Source of the DNA: Candidatus Hydrothermarchaeum profundi | GTDB taxonomy: Archaea; Hydrothermarchaeota; Hydrothermarchaeia; Hydrothermarchaeales; Hydrothermarchaeaceae | Direction: 5' to 3' | DNA length: 64,000 nucleotides | Assembly (NCBI GenBank): GCA_002011125.2 | Contig: MTMF02000009.1 | Location: forward strand, 396,006-460,005 | Shown here: one piece after another, positions 18,701-29,040 of the stretch | Position numbering within the stretch: position 1 is the stretch's first letter | How the letters are laid out: each line of letters opens with the position of its first letter | Translations under genes and position numbers: made by a program | The notes under the pieces: generated by a model | Databases searched by the model: none | The model's input: only the letters and a program-made list of their open reading frames with translations | What the model was told of the DNA's origin: nothing

Positions 18701-20050
18701 TCACATCCTCCTCCAGCCAGCGAAGAGAATAAGTACCGGAATAATCTCTAGTCTTCCAATCCACATGTGAAATATCATCAAAATTTTTTCTACAGAAGTA
18801 TAAGTTGTCAACGTAACCAAGCCATTGTTACCCATAGCAGAGGAAACCATAAAAACCGCATCCATAAAAGACCTGCCAGTATACATAAATATAAGGATGC
18901 TCGGTACTTGAAGTACTATATAAAGAAGGCAAAACAGTAGAGTCGCTAAAACTTCTTCTTCGGAAAATACTCTCCCTTGCAACTTAAAAGGAATTATGGC
19001 TCTGCTAGGGGAAGTTATTTTCCTTATAAACCATTCCACAGATTTTAACGCTACAACAAATCGCATTAATTTTATACCGCTAGCAGTTGCCCCATAGCTT
19101 CCTCCAACATTCATAAGAATTATTATATATGCCTTTGATAGCTCGCTCAAGCCAGATATATTTACGCTCGCAAAACCCGTCGTAGTTATAGCTGAAATAG
19201 ACTGAAAGAAAGAATCCACAAGGGGCATCCCATCAAAGTAAAGAAGAAAAGCAAATATCACAACAATGGCGATCAGCGCTTTTACTTCTAAACTTGTATA
19301 TAATGATTTATAATCACCACGAATCCATTTCATATGTACAGCGAAACTTATTCCTCCTACCACCATGAAAATCATAGTGATTATCTTCACGATAGGACTC
19401 ATCGTAAAATAGCTATCATCATGAGGTGAAAAGCCGCCTGTAGGAAGTGCGGTGAGTGAGTGATTGATTGCATCAAATACGGGTGCGCCTGCGAGAAAGA
19501 GGAGAATAGCGCATATTACTGTAAATCCTATATATATGTAGAAAGTTTTTTTTGCAGTATTGACGATATTAGGCTCTATCCTATCCGTTCTCGCTTCTGC
19601 GAAATAAAACCTAGAAGCTATAGGAGAAGGTGCAAAAATAGCTAAAAATGCCATTACAATACCAACACCTCCAAGCCACTCTGTAAAACTTCTCCAAAGA
19701 ATAAGAGACTTAGGAAGCTGACTTGGAGTAAATACTGTTATCCCTGAGGTTGTCCATCCAGACATCGTCTCAAAATAAGCATCCAAAAGAGAAGCCTTAA
19801 AAATCAGAACATATGGTATGCAACCTACAAATGTAGCAATAAGCCAGCCGAGAGCACATATAATATAGGCACTTTTAAGATCTATTCTTTCAATTTTCTT
19901 ACCTCTTTGAGGAACATAGCCTATGAGTATAGATAAAACTCCGGGGATGATAAAATATTTTACTAAATCTATTTCCCCCAAAAATACGGCTGCCAATGCC
20001 GGCACAAAGAGGAGTACTCCGGTAGTAGCGGTTATTAATCCCAAATACAT
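18701..20050 (-). CDS. trkH: TrkH potassium uptake membrane protein
   Basis: FETMSGWTTSG, WLGGVGI, TGGFS, TTTGF, GGIK-like SGIK, MWIGRLEI. Confidence 0.93.
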   Translation of the reverse strand: MYLGLITATTGVLLFVPALAAVFLGEIDLVKYFIIPGVLSILIGYVPQRGKKIERIDLKSAYIICALGWLIATFVGCIPYVLIFKASLLDAYFETMSGWTTSGITVFTPSQLPKSLILWRSFTEWLGGVGIVMAFLAIFAPSPIASRFYFAEARTDRIEPNIVNTAKKTFYIYIGFTVICAILLFLAGAPVFDAINHSLTALPTGGFSPHDDSYFTMSPIVKIITMIFMVVGGISFAVHMKWIRGDYKSLYTSLEVKALIAIVVIFAFLLYFDGMPLVDSFFQSISAITTTGFASVNISGLSELSKAYIIILMNVGGSYGATASGIKLMRFVVALKSVEWFIRKITSPSRAIIPFKLQGRVFSEEEVLATLLFCLLYIVLQVPSILIFMYTGRSFMDAVFMVSSAMGNNGLVTLTTYTSVEKILMIFHMWIGRLEIIPVLILFAGWRRM

Positions 20051-20238
20051 TAAAATAGCCGTTATTCACTCCTCCTAATACGTATTATAGAAGTAATAAA
20101 CTCTTTAGTATTTTTGACACTCTACCACGAACCTCTCATTTACATATAATAATGTTAGGGTAGTATGGAAATTAACAACACGAACGCTCAAATCTCCTAT
20201 TGAGCCAATCCACTGTATTTTGTCGCTATTCTAGGGTT

Positions 20239-20721
20239 TTATTTATTAAAATTTTTTCCTGTAACCTTATATGCGAGTTCAACCGCCTCTATAGGATTTT
20301 TCGCAATTAAGATATCCTTAAAAATACTGGTCACATTTGGAATCGTGTTCTCTAAAACAATTACCGGCTTTCCGACTTTTAATCCAAGAGCTATCTCTGA
20401 GATTGTACCTAGGCTTCCATCAATTGCTATAAGCACATCCGCGCTTCTGGCTATAATAGCGTTTCTAGCGTGGCTCATAGCGGTAGGAATTTTTATATCT
20501 ATATAAGGATTTGCCTCATGGCTATTAAATCCCGGAAGAATCCCTACCGTGATGCCACCAGCCTCCTTCGCTCCTTTAGCACATGCTTCCATTACGCCTC
20601 CTAAGCCCCCACAAATTAAGATAGCCCCAGACTTTGCTATTTCTCTGCCCACTTCTTTGGCAATTGCATAAATCTGGCCTTTAGCTTCTCCTCCCCCTAT
20701 TACCCCTATTTGCATATGCAC
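20239..20721 (-). CDS. TIGR00725/LOG-like (SLOG) nucleotide-binding protein
   Basis: CGGLGGVMEA, TVGILPG, ARN, GTISEI. Confidence 0.9.
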   Translation of the reverse strand: MHMQIGVIGGGEAKGQIYAIAKEVGREIAKSGAILICGGLGGVMEACAKGAKEAGGITVGILPGFNSHEANPYIDIKIPTAMSHARNAIIARSADVLIAIDGSLGTISEIALGLKVGKPVIVLENTIPNVTSIFKDILIAKNPIEAVELAYKVTGKNFNK

Positions 20722-22484
20722 TACCTATAGTAATATTCTCCTTTATCTTTCTGTTCTCTATCTTTCTTACTTCCCTCTTTATTTATTCTCGGTCTACCAG
20801 TATCCTTATCTCTTCGGAAAGTAACTCCAATGTCCTTTAAAAACGCATTCATTCCCTCCCTCATATTTAAAGGCTTAGTGGAATAACCTTTTACCCCCGG
20901 TTTCCCATAGAATGCCATAATCCTGTCAGATATATAATCGATAAAAAGGATATCATGGTCAACTACTATCCCTGTAGCTTCCCTTTTTTCCATAACCCTC
21001 CTTATCATCTTAGCAACTTTTAGTCTTTGCTCTACATCAAGATACGCCGAAGGCTCGTCTAATAAGTAAATATCCGCCTCCCTACCTAGACAGATTGCAA
21101 TAGCTACTCTCTGAAGCTCACCTCCACTAAGGTCCCCCATCTGCCTTTCATATAGAAACTCCAGGTCGAGATAATTTGAGATTTCAGTCTGAAAAATCCC
21201 CGAAGAAATATCAACCGCTTTATTCAAAGCTTCTAAAACAGTTATGTTTTCATCGGGCTTAATATATTGTGGTTTATAAGAGACTTTTATTTTCAAATCA
21301 ACGATTCCAACATCCGGCTTGATAATATTTGCAAGCATCTTAACAAAAGTTGTTTTTCCTGTAGCATTTGGACCCACTGCGCCAATTACTTCTCCTCTTC
21401 TTATTTCTCCTCCCTCTACCTCTAATGAGAAGCCATTATAATTTTTTTTCAAGTCTGAGTAAGTGAGCAAAATCTCTCCTCCCCATCCTTCCGACGGAGG
21501 CCTAACTTCAAATTTGACGGGCTCATCCCGGAATCTAATATTTTCCTCTTTTAAATACCCCTGTAAATACACATTAATTCCCTGTCTAACTAATCTAGGA
21601 TGCGAAACTATACCATATGCACCGACAGAACCATACATCATATTCACATAATCTGCAAGATAATCGAGAACTACTAAATCATGCTCAACTACTAAAACAC
21701 GCCTATCTTTTGCTATCTCTCTAATTAATCTCGCCACATTCAGCCGTTGCTTCACATCCAAGTAGCTCGAGGGTTCATCTAAGATATAAAAATCTGCGTC
21801 TTTAAGAAGGCATGCAGCGATAGCGACTCTCTGAAGCTCACCACCAGATATCTTATCAATGTCCCTCTCAATAGCCTCTTCTAATTCCAGCTTTTCAACT
21901 ATTGAATGAAAATCTCCTTTTTCATCTACTTTTTTCAATAAATCACCAACATTTCCTTTAACCGCCTTAGGCAACAAATCTACATATTGAGGCTTATGAA
22001 CAACATTAATCTCATTCTCATATAGGGCGTAAAAAAAATCATAAAGAGCTAGACCGGAATAATATTCTAATACCTTTTCTTTATTGCCCTCTTCTTTAAA
22101 ATTTCCAAAATTTGGAATGAGTTCACCAGAAAATATCTTTACTATTGTAGTCTTCCCCATTCCATTTTGACCTATTATACCTGTAACTGAATTTTCACGC
22201 GGATACGGCAGCCTGAATAACCTAAAAGCATTTTCCCCATATTGATGAATGATGTCTTTTTTTAGCTCCTCAGGTAATCCTATAATTGATATGGCTTTAA
22301 AGGGACATTTCTTGGGACAGATACCACAACCTGTGCAAAGCTCCTCAGAAATAAGAGGTTTATTATCTTCTCCTATTATTATACACTCTTTTCCTGTCCT
22401 GTTAATAGGACAAACTCTGCCGCATATAAAGTTACAGTTAATACCGTTTTTACATTGGTCTCGTTTGAGTACTGCTATTCTCAT
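20721..22484 (-). CDS. rli1: Ribosome recycling ATPase ABCE1/Rli1
   Basis: N-terminal 2x[4Fe-4S] Cys pattern, two NBDs with SGGELQR, RPRINK..S.KDREQK. Confidence 0.96.
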   Translation of the reverse strand: MRIAVLKRDQCKNGINCNFICGRVCPINRTGKECIIIGEDNKPLISEELCTGCGICPKKCPFKAISIIGLPEELKKDIIHQYGENAFRLFRLPYPRENSVTGIIGQNGMGKTTIVKIFSGELIPNFGNFKEEGNKEKVLEYYSGLALYDFFYALYENEINVVHKPQYVDLLPKAVKGNVGDLLKKVDEKGDFHSIVEKLELEEAIERDIDKISGGELQRVAIAACLLKDADFYILDEPSSYLDVKQRLNVARLIREIAKDRRVLVVEHDLVVLDYLADYVNMMYGSVGAYGIVSHPRLVRQGINVYLQGYLKEENIRFRDEPVKFEVRPPSEGWGGEILLTYSDLKKNYNGFSLEVEGGEIRRGEVIGAVGPNATGKTTFVKMLANIIKPDVGIVDLKIKVSYKPQYIKPDENITVLEALNKAVDISSGIFQTEISNYLDLEFLYERQMGDLSGGELQRVAIAICLGREADIYLLDEPSAYLDVEQRLKVAKMIRRVMEKREATGIVVDHDILFIDYISDRIMAFYGKPGVKGYSTKPLNMREGMNAFLKDIGVTFRRDKDTGRPRINKEGSKKDREQKDKGEYYYR

Positions 22485-22506
22485 AAGTCAACCAATCCAA
22501 ATTAGT

Positions 22507-23007
22507 TTACATTATATACTCTATGTTGGAGCGGTCAAAATCTTTTACCACTTCTATTTGGAATTCTCTATCAACTTTCCAATCCAACGAAGGATATATT
22601 ACCTTTGGTAGATATTTCTCTATGTTCCTTGCAATCTTGGTTACGATGTGATCTTCTCCAAAGAGTTCTCTGCTAATTTGATAAACTAACTCCCTCGTTG
22701 AGATCTCATCCAAGAATCCTAAGGAATGAAGATATTCGTGAAGCAAAACATGGAAAGCATAGGGCTTGAATAGTTCAGGCTTATCCCTAAAAATGCTTCT
22801 TAATGGCGTTTTGTTTACAATAATTATGTTAGAACCTACCGGATAAAATGCTCCAATCCAGAAGTTTTTATCCCCGCCCAACTCAGCTAACCCCAGAGTT
22901 AGACCTGCTCTACCAATATTAAATACTTTCCTTACACCTTCTTTTACAACTTCAAATATGTCCGCAAAACTTTCCGCTTCACCTAAACGTTCAGAAAATG
23001 TTTTCAT
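22507..23007 (-). CDS. Conserved archaeal protein with zincin-like HExxH motif
   Basis: HVLLHEYLHSLG..DE. Confidence 0.75.
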   Translation of the reverse strand: MKTFSERLGEAESFADIFEVVKEGVRKVFNIGRAGLTLGLAELGGDKNFWIGAFYPVGSNIIIVNKTPLRSIFRDKPELFKPYAFHVLLHEYLHSLGFLDEISTRELVYQISRELFGEDHIVTKIARNIEKYLPKVIYPSLDWKVDREFQIEVVKDFDRSNIEYIM

Positions 23008-23056
23008 ATAACGTCACTTTAAGTAACTTTTTGTAAGAATAACATCTAAAATTTTA

Positions 23057-23722
23057 TCAAAACCCATAAAAAAGTCTTTGGGCTAATCGCTCCGGTAGAC
23101 CGACTTCTCCAATACGCTGTGCAACCTCATTAATGTTATAGGATACCCTCCTTATCTCTACTTTTCTCGTATCGGTATTAAACACAGCATAACTGGCACG
23201 GGGATCACCATCCCTAGGTTGGCCCACAGATCCAGGATTAATTACCATCTTTCCATTAATTTTTTTTACAAAGGGAATATGAGTATGCCCAATGATTACC
23301 ACATCGCTTTTAACGTAATTGAAAAAATCGAGGAAAACATAATCGGGGGAATCAGGAAAAATATACTCTTCAAGTGGATCTTTTGGGCTTCCATGAGTCA
23401 TATATAAATCATCGTTATAGGTTAGAGGAAGCCTTTGTAAAAACTCCTTGTTCTTATCCTCTAAAACGTTAATCGTCCAATCTATCGCAGCTGCAGCAAT
23501 TGGATTAAACCAAGAAGTGTCACCAGTAATTACAGCGCGGTCATGATTGCCTAATACTGAAATAATTTTTTTCTCTTTAAATATCTCTATAACTTCATTT
23601 GGGTAAGGATTATAACCCACTAGATCACCAGAGCAATATATTGGCAAACCGCCAATATCTTCTAAGACCTCTAGAAAGGCAGGTAAATTGGAATGAATAT
23701 CAGCGATTATTGCAACCTCCAT
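23057..23722 (-). CDS. Calcineurin-like metallophosphoesterase (YfcE/MJ0912-like)
   Basis: DIHSN, GDLVGY, GNHD, HGSP, GHTH, NPGSVGQPRDG. Confidence 0.93.
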   Translation of the reverse strand: MEVAIIADIHSNLPAFLEVLEDIGGLPIYCSGDLVGYNPYPNEVIEIFKEKKIISVLGNHDRAVITGDTSWFNPIAAAAIDWTINVLEDKNKEFLQRLPLTYNDDLYMTHGSPKDPLEEYIFPDSPDYVFLDFFNYVKSDVVIIGHTHIPFVKKINGKMVINPGSVGQPRDGDPRASYAVFNTDTRKVEIRRVSYNINEVAQRIGEVGLPERLAQRLFYGF

Positions 23723-23781
23723 GAATTTAAATCTACGTATAAAGAATTTTTAAAATGTTGCTATGGTGAGGAGGTATCTAG

Positions 23782-25443
23782 TTGGAAATACGCCGATTGG
23801 AAATTTCGTTTTTAATAGTTATATATTTAATAGGATTATACTTTCGTTTGGCACCTAGGCTTGATATCAATCCTCATCTATTAACTTTTCAAGGGGATAT
23901 ATGGTACCGCATATGTATGGCACAGTTCATCTACGACCATAAAGCACTTCCCCACCCAGACATTAGATATTTAGCTTATGGATATGTCCCGATGTGGTAT
24001 CCTCCCCTCTCCCCAATTTTATTCGCACTGGCAAGCTATATATTAAAAATTGATATCCCAACCCTAAGCTCTAGAGTCATTCCTTTTATAGAATCCCTGA
24101 CGCCATTAAGCATTTATTTTCTGGCCAAGTATTTATATAACGAAAAAGTCGCCTTTATTTCTACTTTAGCCCTCGCGCTTACACCTTCTTTTATTTTTTG
24201 GTCAGGCATTTCAGACCCCCAATCCTTCACCCTTTTTATGATCCCTATACTCGTTCTATTATGGGTTGACTACTCTAGAAAGCAAGATATCTTCAAACAG
24301 AAGCGAGATCTTCGCAGGCTAATAGTAATAGGCGTGTTACTAGCATTTAATTTTCTGACGCATTTGTCCTATTTTCTCGAGCTTCTAATACTTTTCATGG
24401 TCACTTTAGCATTGATTGGTATTAGAGAAGCCAAAAAAAGCCTCGTTCTGGATTACTTTTTAGTGCTTGGAATTTCTCAAATTCTTACCGCCCCTTGGTG
24501 GGCTCTAATGGACTCAAAAACACTTTATTGGTGGTGGATTAAAGCCCTTGTAACATCGAGTGGACTATATTCAGCTACAAAACAGCTGAATGAATACGGA
24601 GTTATAGCGGCTATTCTAGGAATTCTTGGATTCATTTATATTACCCACCAATACATATTTCGCCGCAGGCTAAGAAATCTCATAATAATACTTTGGACTA
24701 TTCCTCTCTTTTTAGAGACCCAAAATGAGATAATAATCTCGGGTCTATCGATTGTTACTCCCTCTCTCGCTCATTCTTTAGAATGGTCAACGCTAGGTAA
24801 ACCATTGGAAGGATTTAGATTTTATCCATTCCTAGCGCAACCTATTTCATTAGCAATAGGAGTAGTGGTAACTGATATCGCGGCTAGAATGAATATATCA
24901 CTAAAAAAATCCGGCTACATATTTATTTTTTTGATCATTTCTTTTCTTGCGTGGGGGGTATACTATTATAATCTTGATGTCCGGTTCCAAACCTCAGGGC
25001 TTGTTATAGACGAGTATAATGCGGCTTTGTGGTTTAGGGAGAACTCTGGGCCAAATGATAGAATTATCGCGGACTATTATAGAGCACAGATGTTCGCAGG
25101 GGTCAATGGCGGAAAAGCTCTCTTGGGAGGCATGTTTCCACTTAGAAACTTAGAGTATCCCTATATTAAGGCACCAGGTCAGGTACAAAATGACTTGTAC
25201 GTCCTATACAAAACCTCGGATCCTAAAATAGCTTGGGAGATCGCTAAGAGGTATGGGGCTACTCATATTTTTTACTCTGATAATATGATCAGATACGGTA
25301 ATCTACTATCCTACTACAAACCCGCCAGCCAATACGGAGTAGATATAAGCAAGTCAAAATTTAATGATAACAGATATTTCGAAATTATATACAACTCCCG
25401 CTCGATCTACGGAGAAACTGTTATCGTCAAAGTAAAGGATTAA
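23782..25443 (+). CDS. Multi-TM GT-C-fold (PMT/STT3-like) glycosyltransferase
   Basis: First loop GDIWY, YPPL motif, many TM helices, C-terminal soluble domain with YGATHIF. Confidence 0.7.
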   Translation: MEIRRLEISFLIVIYLIGLYFRLAPRLDINPHLLTFQGDIWYRICMAQFIYDHKALPHPDIRYLAYGYVPMWYPPLSPILFALASYILKIDIPTLSSRVIPFIESLTPLSIYFLAKYLYNEKVAFISTLALALTPSFIFWSGISDPQSFTLFMIPILVLLWVDYSRKQDIFKQKRDLRRLIVIGVLLAFNFLTHLSYFLELLILFMVTLALIGIREAKKSLVLDYFLVLGISQILTAPWWALMDSKTLYWWWIKALVTSSGLYSATKQLNEYGVIAAILGILGFIYITHQYIFRRRLRNLIIILWTIPLFLETQNEIIISGLSIVTPSLAHSLEWSTLGKPLEGFRFYPFLAQPISLAIGVVVTDIAARMNISLKKSGYIFIFLIISFLAWGVYYYNLDVRFQTSGLVIDEYNAALWFRENSGPNDRIIADYYRAQMFAGVNGGKALLGGMFPLRNLEYPYIKAPGQVQNDLYVLYKTSDPKIAWEIAKRYGATHIFYSDNMIRYGNLLSYYKPASQYGVDISKSKFNDNRYFEIIYNSRSIYGETVIVKVKD

Positions 25444-25516
25444 ATTATTTACATGCAAGCTTGAGATAAAACTTAAATAACTACGAGACGAAAAACAAGG
25501 GCAAGGTGAAATTTTA

Positions 25517-28246
25517 ATGGGAGTTTGCCCGAAGTGTGGAGAGCCTATCTCTCCAGATGCAGAGTTTTGCTTGAGTTGTGGATGGAGGATCGTAGAAAAG
25601 GAGAAACCCCAAATAAAAGATTCTGAAGAGGATATAAAATTAATAGAAAAGGGAAAAGAATATATTGAATCCAAAAAGTATGAGAAAGCTTTAGAAAAAT
25701 TTAATGAAGCTTTAAAGCTTAAAAAGAGCCCTGAAGCATTGTTTTATAAGGCATTGACCTTGAAAGAGTGGGGTCTTTCTTTAGGCGATAATAAGAAGCT
25801 TAAATCTTCTCTTGAGATCTTTGCAGAATATGAAGAACTATATCCGCCGGACGCTAAACTGTGGTATAACAGGGGAGTAATTCTCGCTACCCTTGGAAAT
25901 TATAAAAAAGCGGCTGATTGCTATGAAAAGGCGTTAAGACTTGACCCCGGGAATCCTCTATATCGGAGATCATTAGAAACTATTGAAAAGCCTAAGGTGA
26001 GCCACGTAACTGAAAATGAAGGAGCGATTCTTAAAAAGGTGAACCTCTCTGAAAAGTTGGACCTTCCTTTTCCAAAAAATTATGTATGTTTGGTTTCTGG
26101 GCCCCCCGGAGTAGGAAAACATGAATACTGTCTTCAACTCGTAAAAAAATATCTGGAAAAAGGAGAAAACATAGTATACATTACCACAGAGAGATCTCCG
26201 ACAGAAATTAAAAAGATGATGCGCAGGTTAGGAGTCGATATTACCCTCTATGAAGGCAAACGATTTATATTCATTGATATATATTCCCATACAACCGGAG
26301 AGAGATATGAAAAAGCTCTCCGAGTGGATAACCCTGCCAATTTGAATGCTATTAGCGTACAGCTTTCAAAAGCTATTGACATCGTTGGAAAACCGGCGAG
26401 AATATTTTTCGATTCAATTTCTAATCTTTTCCTTTACGCGGCAGAACCAGAGATTAAAAAATTTTTCGGCACCCTTTCATCTAGGATTAAAAGCGAATAC
26501 GGTTTTATCCTTTACACCTTGCAGGAAGATATGCATGATGAAAAAACAGTGATTGCTCTCAAGGCGATGGTAGACGCTGTATTAGAGATGAGATTTGAAG
26601 AAGGTCCTCCACTCAAAAGATATTTCAGAGTACACCATGCCAAAGGGTTAAAAATATCTCCTCAGTGGTATGAGTTCACGATAGAGGAAGACGGAATTAG
26701 GATAGTAACAGAAAAAGTTGTTGAGAAGAAAAAAGTCAAACCTAAAAAAGTATCTACCACCATTATAAAAGCAGGAGTAGTGCTGATAATTTTAATTATT
26801 GGAACTATAGCTTTTCAACTAATTTCACCGGGAACTGAGAAAGAAGCAAGTGAAATTAGATTTGAACCGCCGTCACAACAACAAATCTCTCAACTACAGA
26901 AATGGATAGAGGATAATCCCGGTAAATGGGAAGAATTAAAGGCAAAATATAAAGTGGAAAAGCTTGAGGAACTATCTAAGGAAGAGGCTTCGCAAATAAT
27001 AGAAGAATTCGTTTCTGTATCTATTAACGAGATATACTCATTTTATCCAAATAAAATGGTAAGAATCAATGGAAAAGAGGTACCTGCCTTCATTGAGGTT
27101 AAAAACCGTATTGACCCCAAAGCCCCAAATAAGGGATGGCTCCTTATGGAAACTCCATTCTATAGGATAGAACTTAATCTAGACCATCCCTACTATCTAC
27201 TTAGAGATAAACTAAACAATCGAGATGTTCTCGTATATAACGATACGGTAGAAAACCCTATCGACATGATAACAGGCAGTGACATGGGATTTGCAGACCA
27301 TTCTGGGGAGAATAAGATACAGTGGTCCACGACGGCCTTACACGACTCTGACGGTATTACAAGATATAAGGTTGTTTTCGAAGATAAGAAAAATGGATTC
27401 GTGCTTATTGACACAGAGGGTTGGGATGTGCTCTCCCAAGAGCCTTTCTCTGGTTACGACATAGAAGGAGAAGTAATGTTTGGCTTATTCACTGATAGAC
27501 CATACTTTATCGATGCAACTGAGCTAAACAATTTGCAGGAAATGGGGCTAGCATTACCTAAGAAATTCCGAAACCCGGATGAGATTGTAAAGTCTTGGGT
27601 TCTCAACCCAGAGTACAGCTCAGCTGTGATAAAGGGGGGAGATCCAAATCACCTAAATAGGCGACTTTATGAAGAACTGTATGAGGTAAGGGATGTAGCC
27701 AATGTTGGGAGAAAACCTTACCACTTTGGGTCTACAGCCATATCCAAGATGTTCCCTACACATTACCTTTTCGGAGATAAAAGAAGTTTTGCAATAATTT
27801 TTTCATTGCCTGAAGGAAAATTCAGATGGGACGATTCATTAGGAGTATATGGCGAACAGATAACAGGTGAATTCATATTATATGTGGATAAGCCTCAACC
27901 AGCTGTATCTTTCTCTGTTGAACCTGTCAACGAGCTCGAGTTCCTTTACGATATAAAAGACTTTTCTACCATAGAAGGCTACCAAGAGTCTATGAAAGAA
28001 ATACTCCAGAAATACGGACTAGAGTATCCTGGGGAACCGATTGAATACGATAAGTGGGTTACAAAAAGATTCGCATATGTAATCACATTAACAAAAAACT
28101 GGTATAATCCTGCAACTAATAAGCCGATAGACGAAGCCTGGAACATCGCAGACAAAGGGCTTGAAGACTTTAAAAACTATGAAGACATAATATATAAGCA
28201 GATGGAGGCAACTTTACCACTAGCTTTGATGCTAGCCGGTAGATAA
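25517..28246 (+). CDS. Zn-ribbon/TPR/KaiC(RAD55)-like ATPase/TM/extracellular-domain fusion protein
   Basis: CPKCG..CLSCG; TPRs (WYNRG..L..LGNY..A..CYEKAL.LDP); GPPGVGKH, FFDSIS; Lys-rich stretch then TM at ~26771-26824; ~470-aa C-terminal domain. Confidence 0.85.
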   Translation: MGVCPKCGEPISPDAEFCLSCGWRIVEKEKPQIKDSEEDIKLIEKGKEYIESKKYEKALEKFNEALKLKKSPEALFYKALTLKEWGLSLGDNKKLKSSLEIFAEYEELYPPDAKLWYNRGVILATLGNYKKAADCYEKALRLDPGNPLYRRSLETIEKPKVSHVTENEGAILKKVNLSEKLDLPFPKNYVCLVSGPPGVGKHEYCLQLVKKYLEKGENIVYITTERSPTEIKKMMRRLGVDITLYEGKRFIFIDIYSHTTGERYEKALRVDNPANLNAISVQLSKAIDIVGKPARIFFDSISNLFLYAAEPEIKKFFGTLSSRIKSEYGFILYTLQEDMHDEKTVIALKAMVDAVLEMRFEEGPPLKRYFRVHHAKGLKISPQWYEFTIEEDGIRIVTEKVVEKKKVKPKKVSTTIIKAGVVLIILIIGTIAFQLISPGTEKEASEIRFEPPSQQQISQLQKWIEDNPGKWEELKAKYKVEKLEELSKEEASQIIEEFVSVSINEIYSFYPNKMVRINGKEVPAFIEVKNRIDPKAPNKGWLLMETPFYRIELNLDHPYYLLRDKLNNRDVLVYNDTVENPIDMITGSDMGFADHSGENKIQWSTTALHDSDGITRYKVVFEDKKNGFVLIDTEGWDVLSQEPFSGYDIEGEVMFGLFTDRPYFIDATELNNLQEMGLALPKKFRNPDEIVKSWVLNPEYSSAVIKGGDPNHLNRRLYEELYEVRDVANVGRKPYHFGSTAISKMFPTHYLFGDKRSFAIIFSLPEGKFRWDDSLGVYGEQITGEFILYVDKPQPAVSFSVEPVNELEFLYDIKDFSTIEGYQESMKEILQKYGLEYPGEPIEYDKWVTKRFAYVITLTKNWYNPATNKPIDEAWNIADKGLEDFKNYEDIIYKQMEATLPLALMLAGR

Positions 28247-28269
28247 AAAAATATGAAGTGAGAGAAAGC

Positions 28270-29040
28270 ATGATTGAGAGAACCCCAACCGGTATACCCG
28301 GACTTGATGAAATGTTAAATGGAGGTATCCCCAAAGGGTATACTGTACTAATCGCCGGAGGTCCGGGATCTGGTAAAAGTACCTTCGCAATGCAGGTCTT
28401 AGCTAATGGGGTATCCAAATATGGTGAGAACGGCGTCTATATTTCACTAGAAGAAAGAGCTACTGATATTATTAAAAACTTCTCTCCATTCGGATGGGAT
28501 TTGAGTAAAATAAAAATTATAAGCATGATCCCTCAGAAAGCGAGTCTCGCTAAAGATGTGAAGTATCTAAGCCCTGAGGAAGTGTCTGGTAAAGCTGAAG
28601 AAAAAAATTACCTAGAACTTAATCCTAAAAGATTCTCAGTCGACACAGCTAAAGATGTCATAATTAAAGAAGTAGCAAAAACTAATGCCAAAAGACTTGT
28701 TATAGATTCATTAGCAGGATTTTCAATGCAAATAAATGATCCCTTTGAAATTAGGCAAGAAATTCTAGGTCTTAGCAATCTACTCAATAACTTAGGGTGC
28801 ACCTCATTCCTTCTCACCGAGATGCCAGAAGGCCAAAAAGGCGTAAGTAGATACGGGATGGAAGAATTCATATGCCAGGGAGTCATAGCTTTATATAATA
28901 TAAGGAAAGGCAGTGAACGTGTACGTGGTCTGGAGATACTGAAGATGAGAGGTACTAAGCACAGTCAGAAGATAGTAATGTTAGAGATAGGTCCAAAAGG
29001 AGTTGTCGTCTACCCTGACGAAGAACTATATCGAGAGTAA
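28270..29040 (+). CDS. KaiC/RAD55-like RecA-superfamily ATPase
   Basis: TGIPGLDEML.GG, GGPGSGKST, SLEE, LVIDSL, RGLEILKMRGT. Confidence 0.93.
   Translation: MIERTPTGIPGLDEMLNGGIPKGYTVLIAGGPGSGKSTFAMQVLANGVSKYGENGVYISLEERATDIIKNFSPFGWDLSKIKIISMIPQKASLAKDVKYLSPEEVSGKAEEKNYLELNPKRFSVDTAKDVIIKEVAKTNAKRLVIDSLAGFSMQINDPFEIRQEILGLSNLLNNLGCTSFLLTEMPEGQKGVSRYGMEEFICQGVIALYNIRKGSERVRGLEILKMRGTKHSQKIVMLEIGPKGVVVYPDEELYRE

Noticed and set aside
28270-29040. Circadian KaiC or archaellum FlaH assignment
   Set aside because: Single-domain protein with no kaiB or fla operon in the window; only a family-level call is supported
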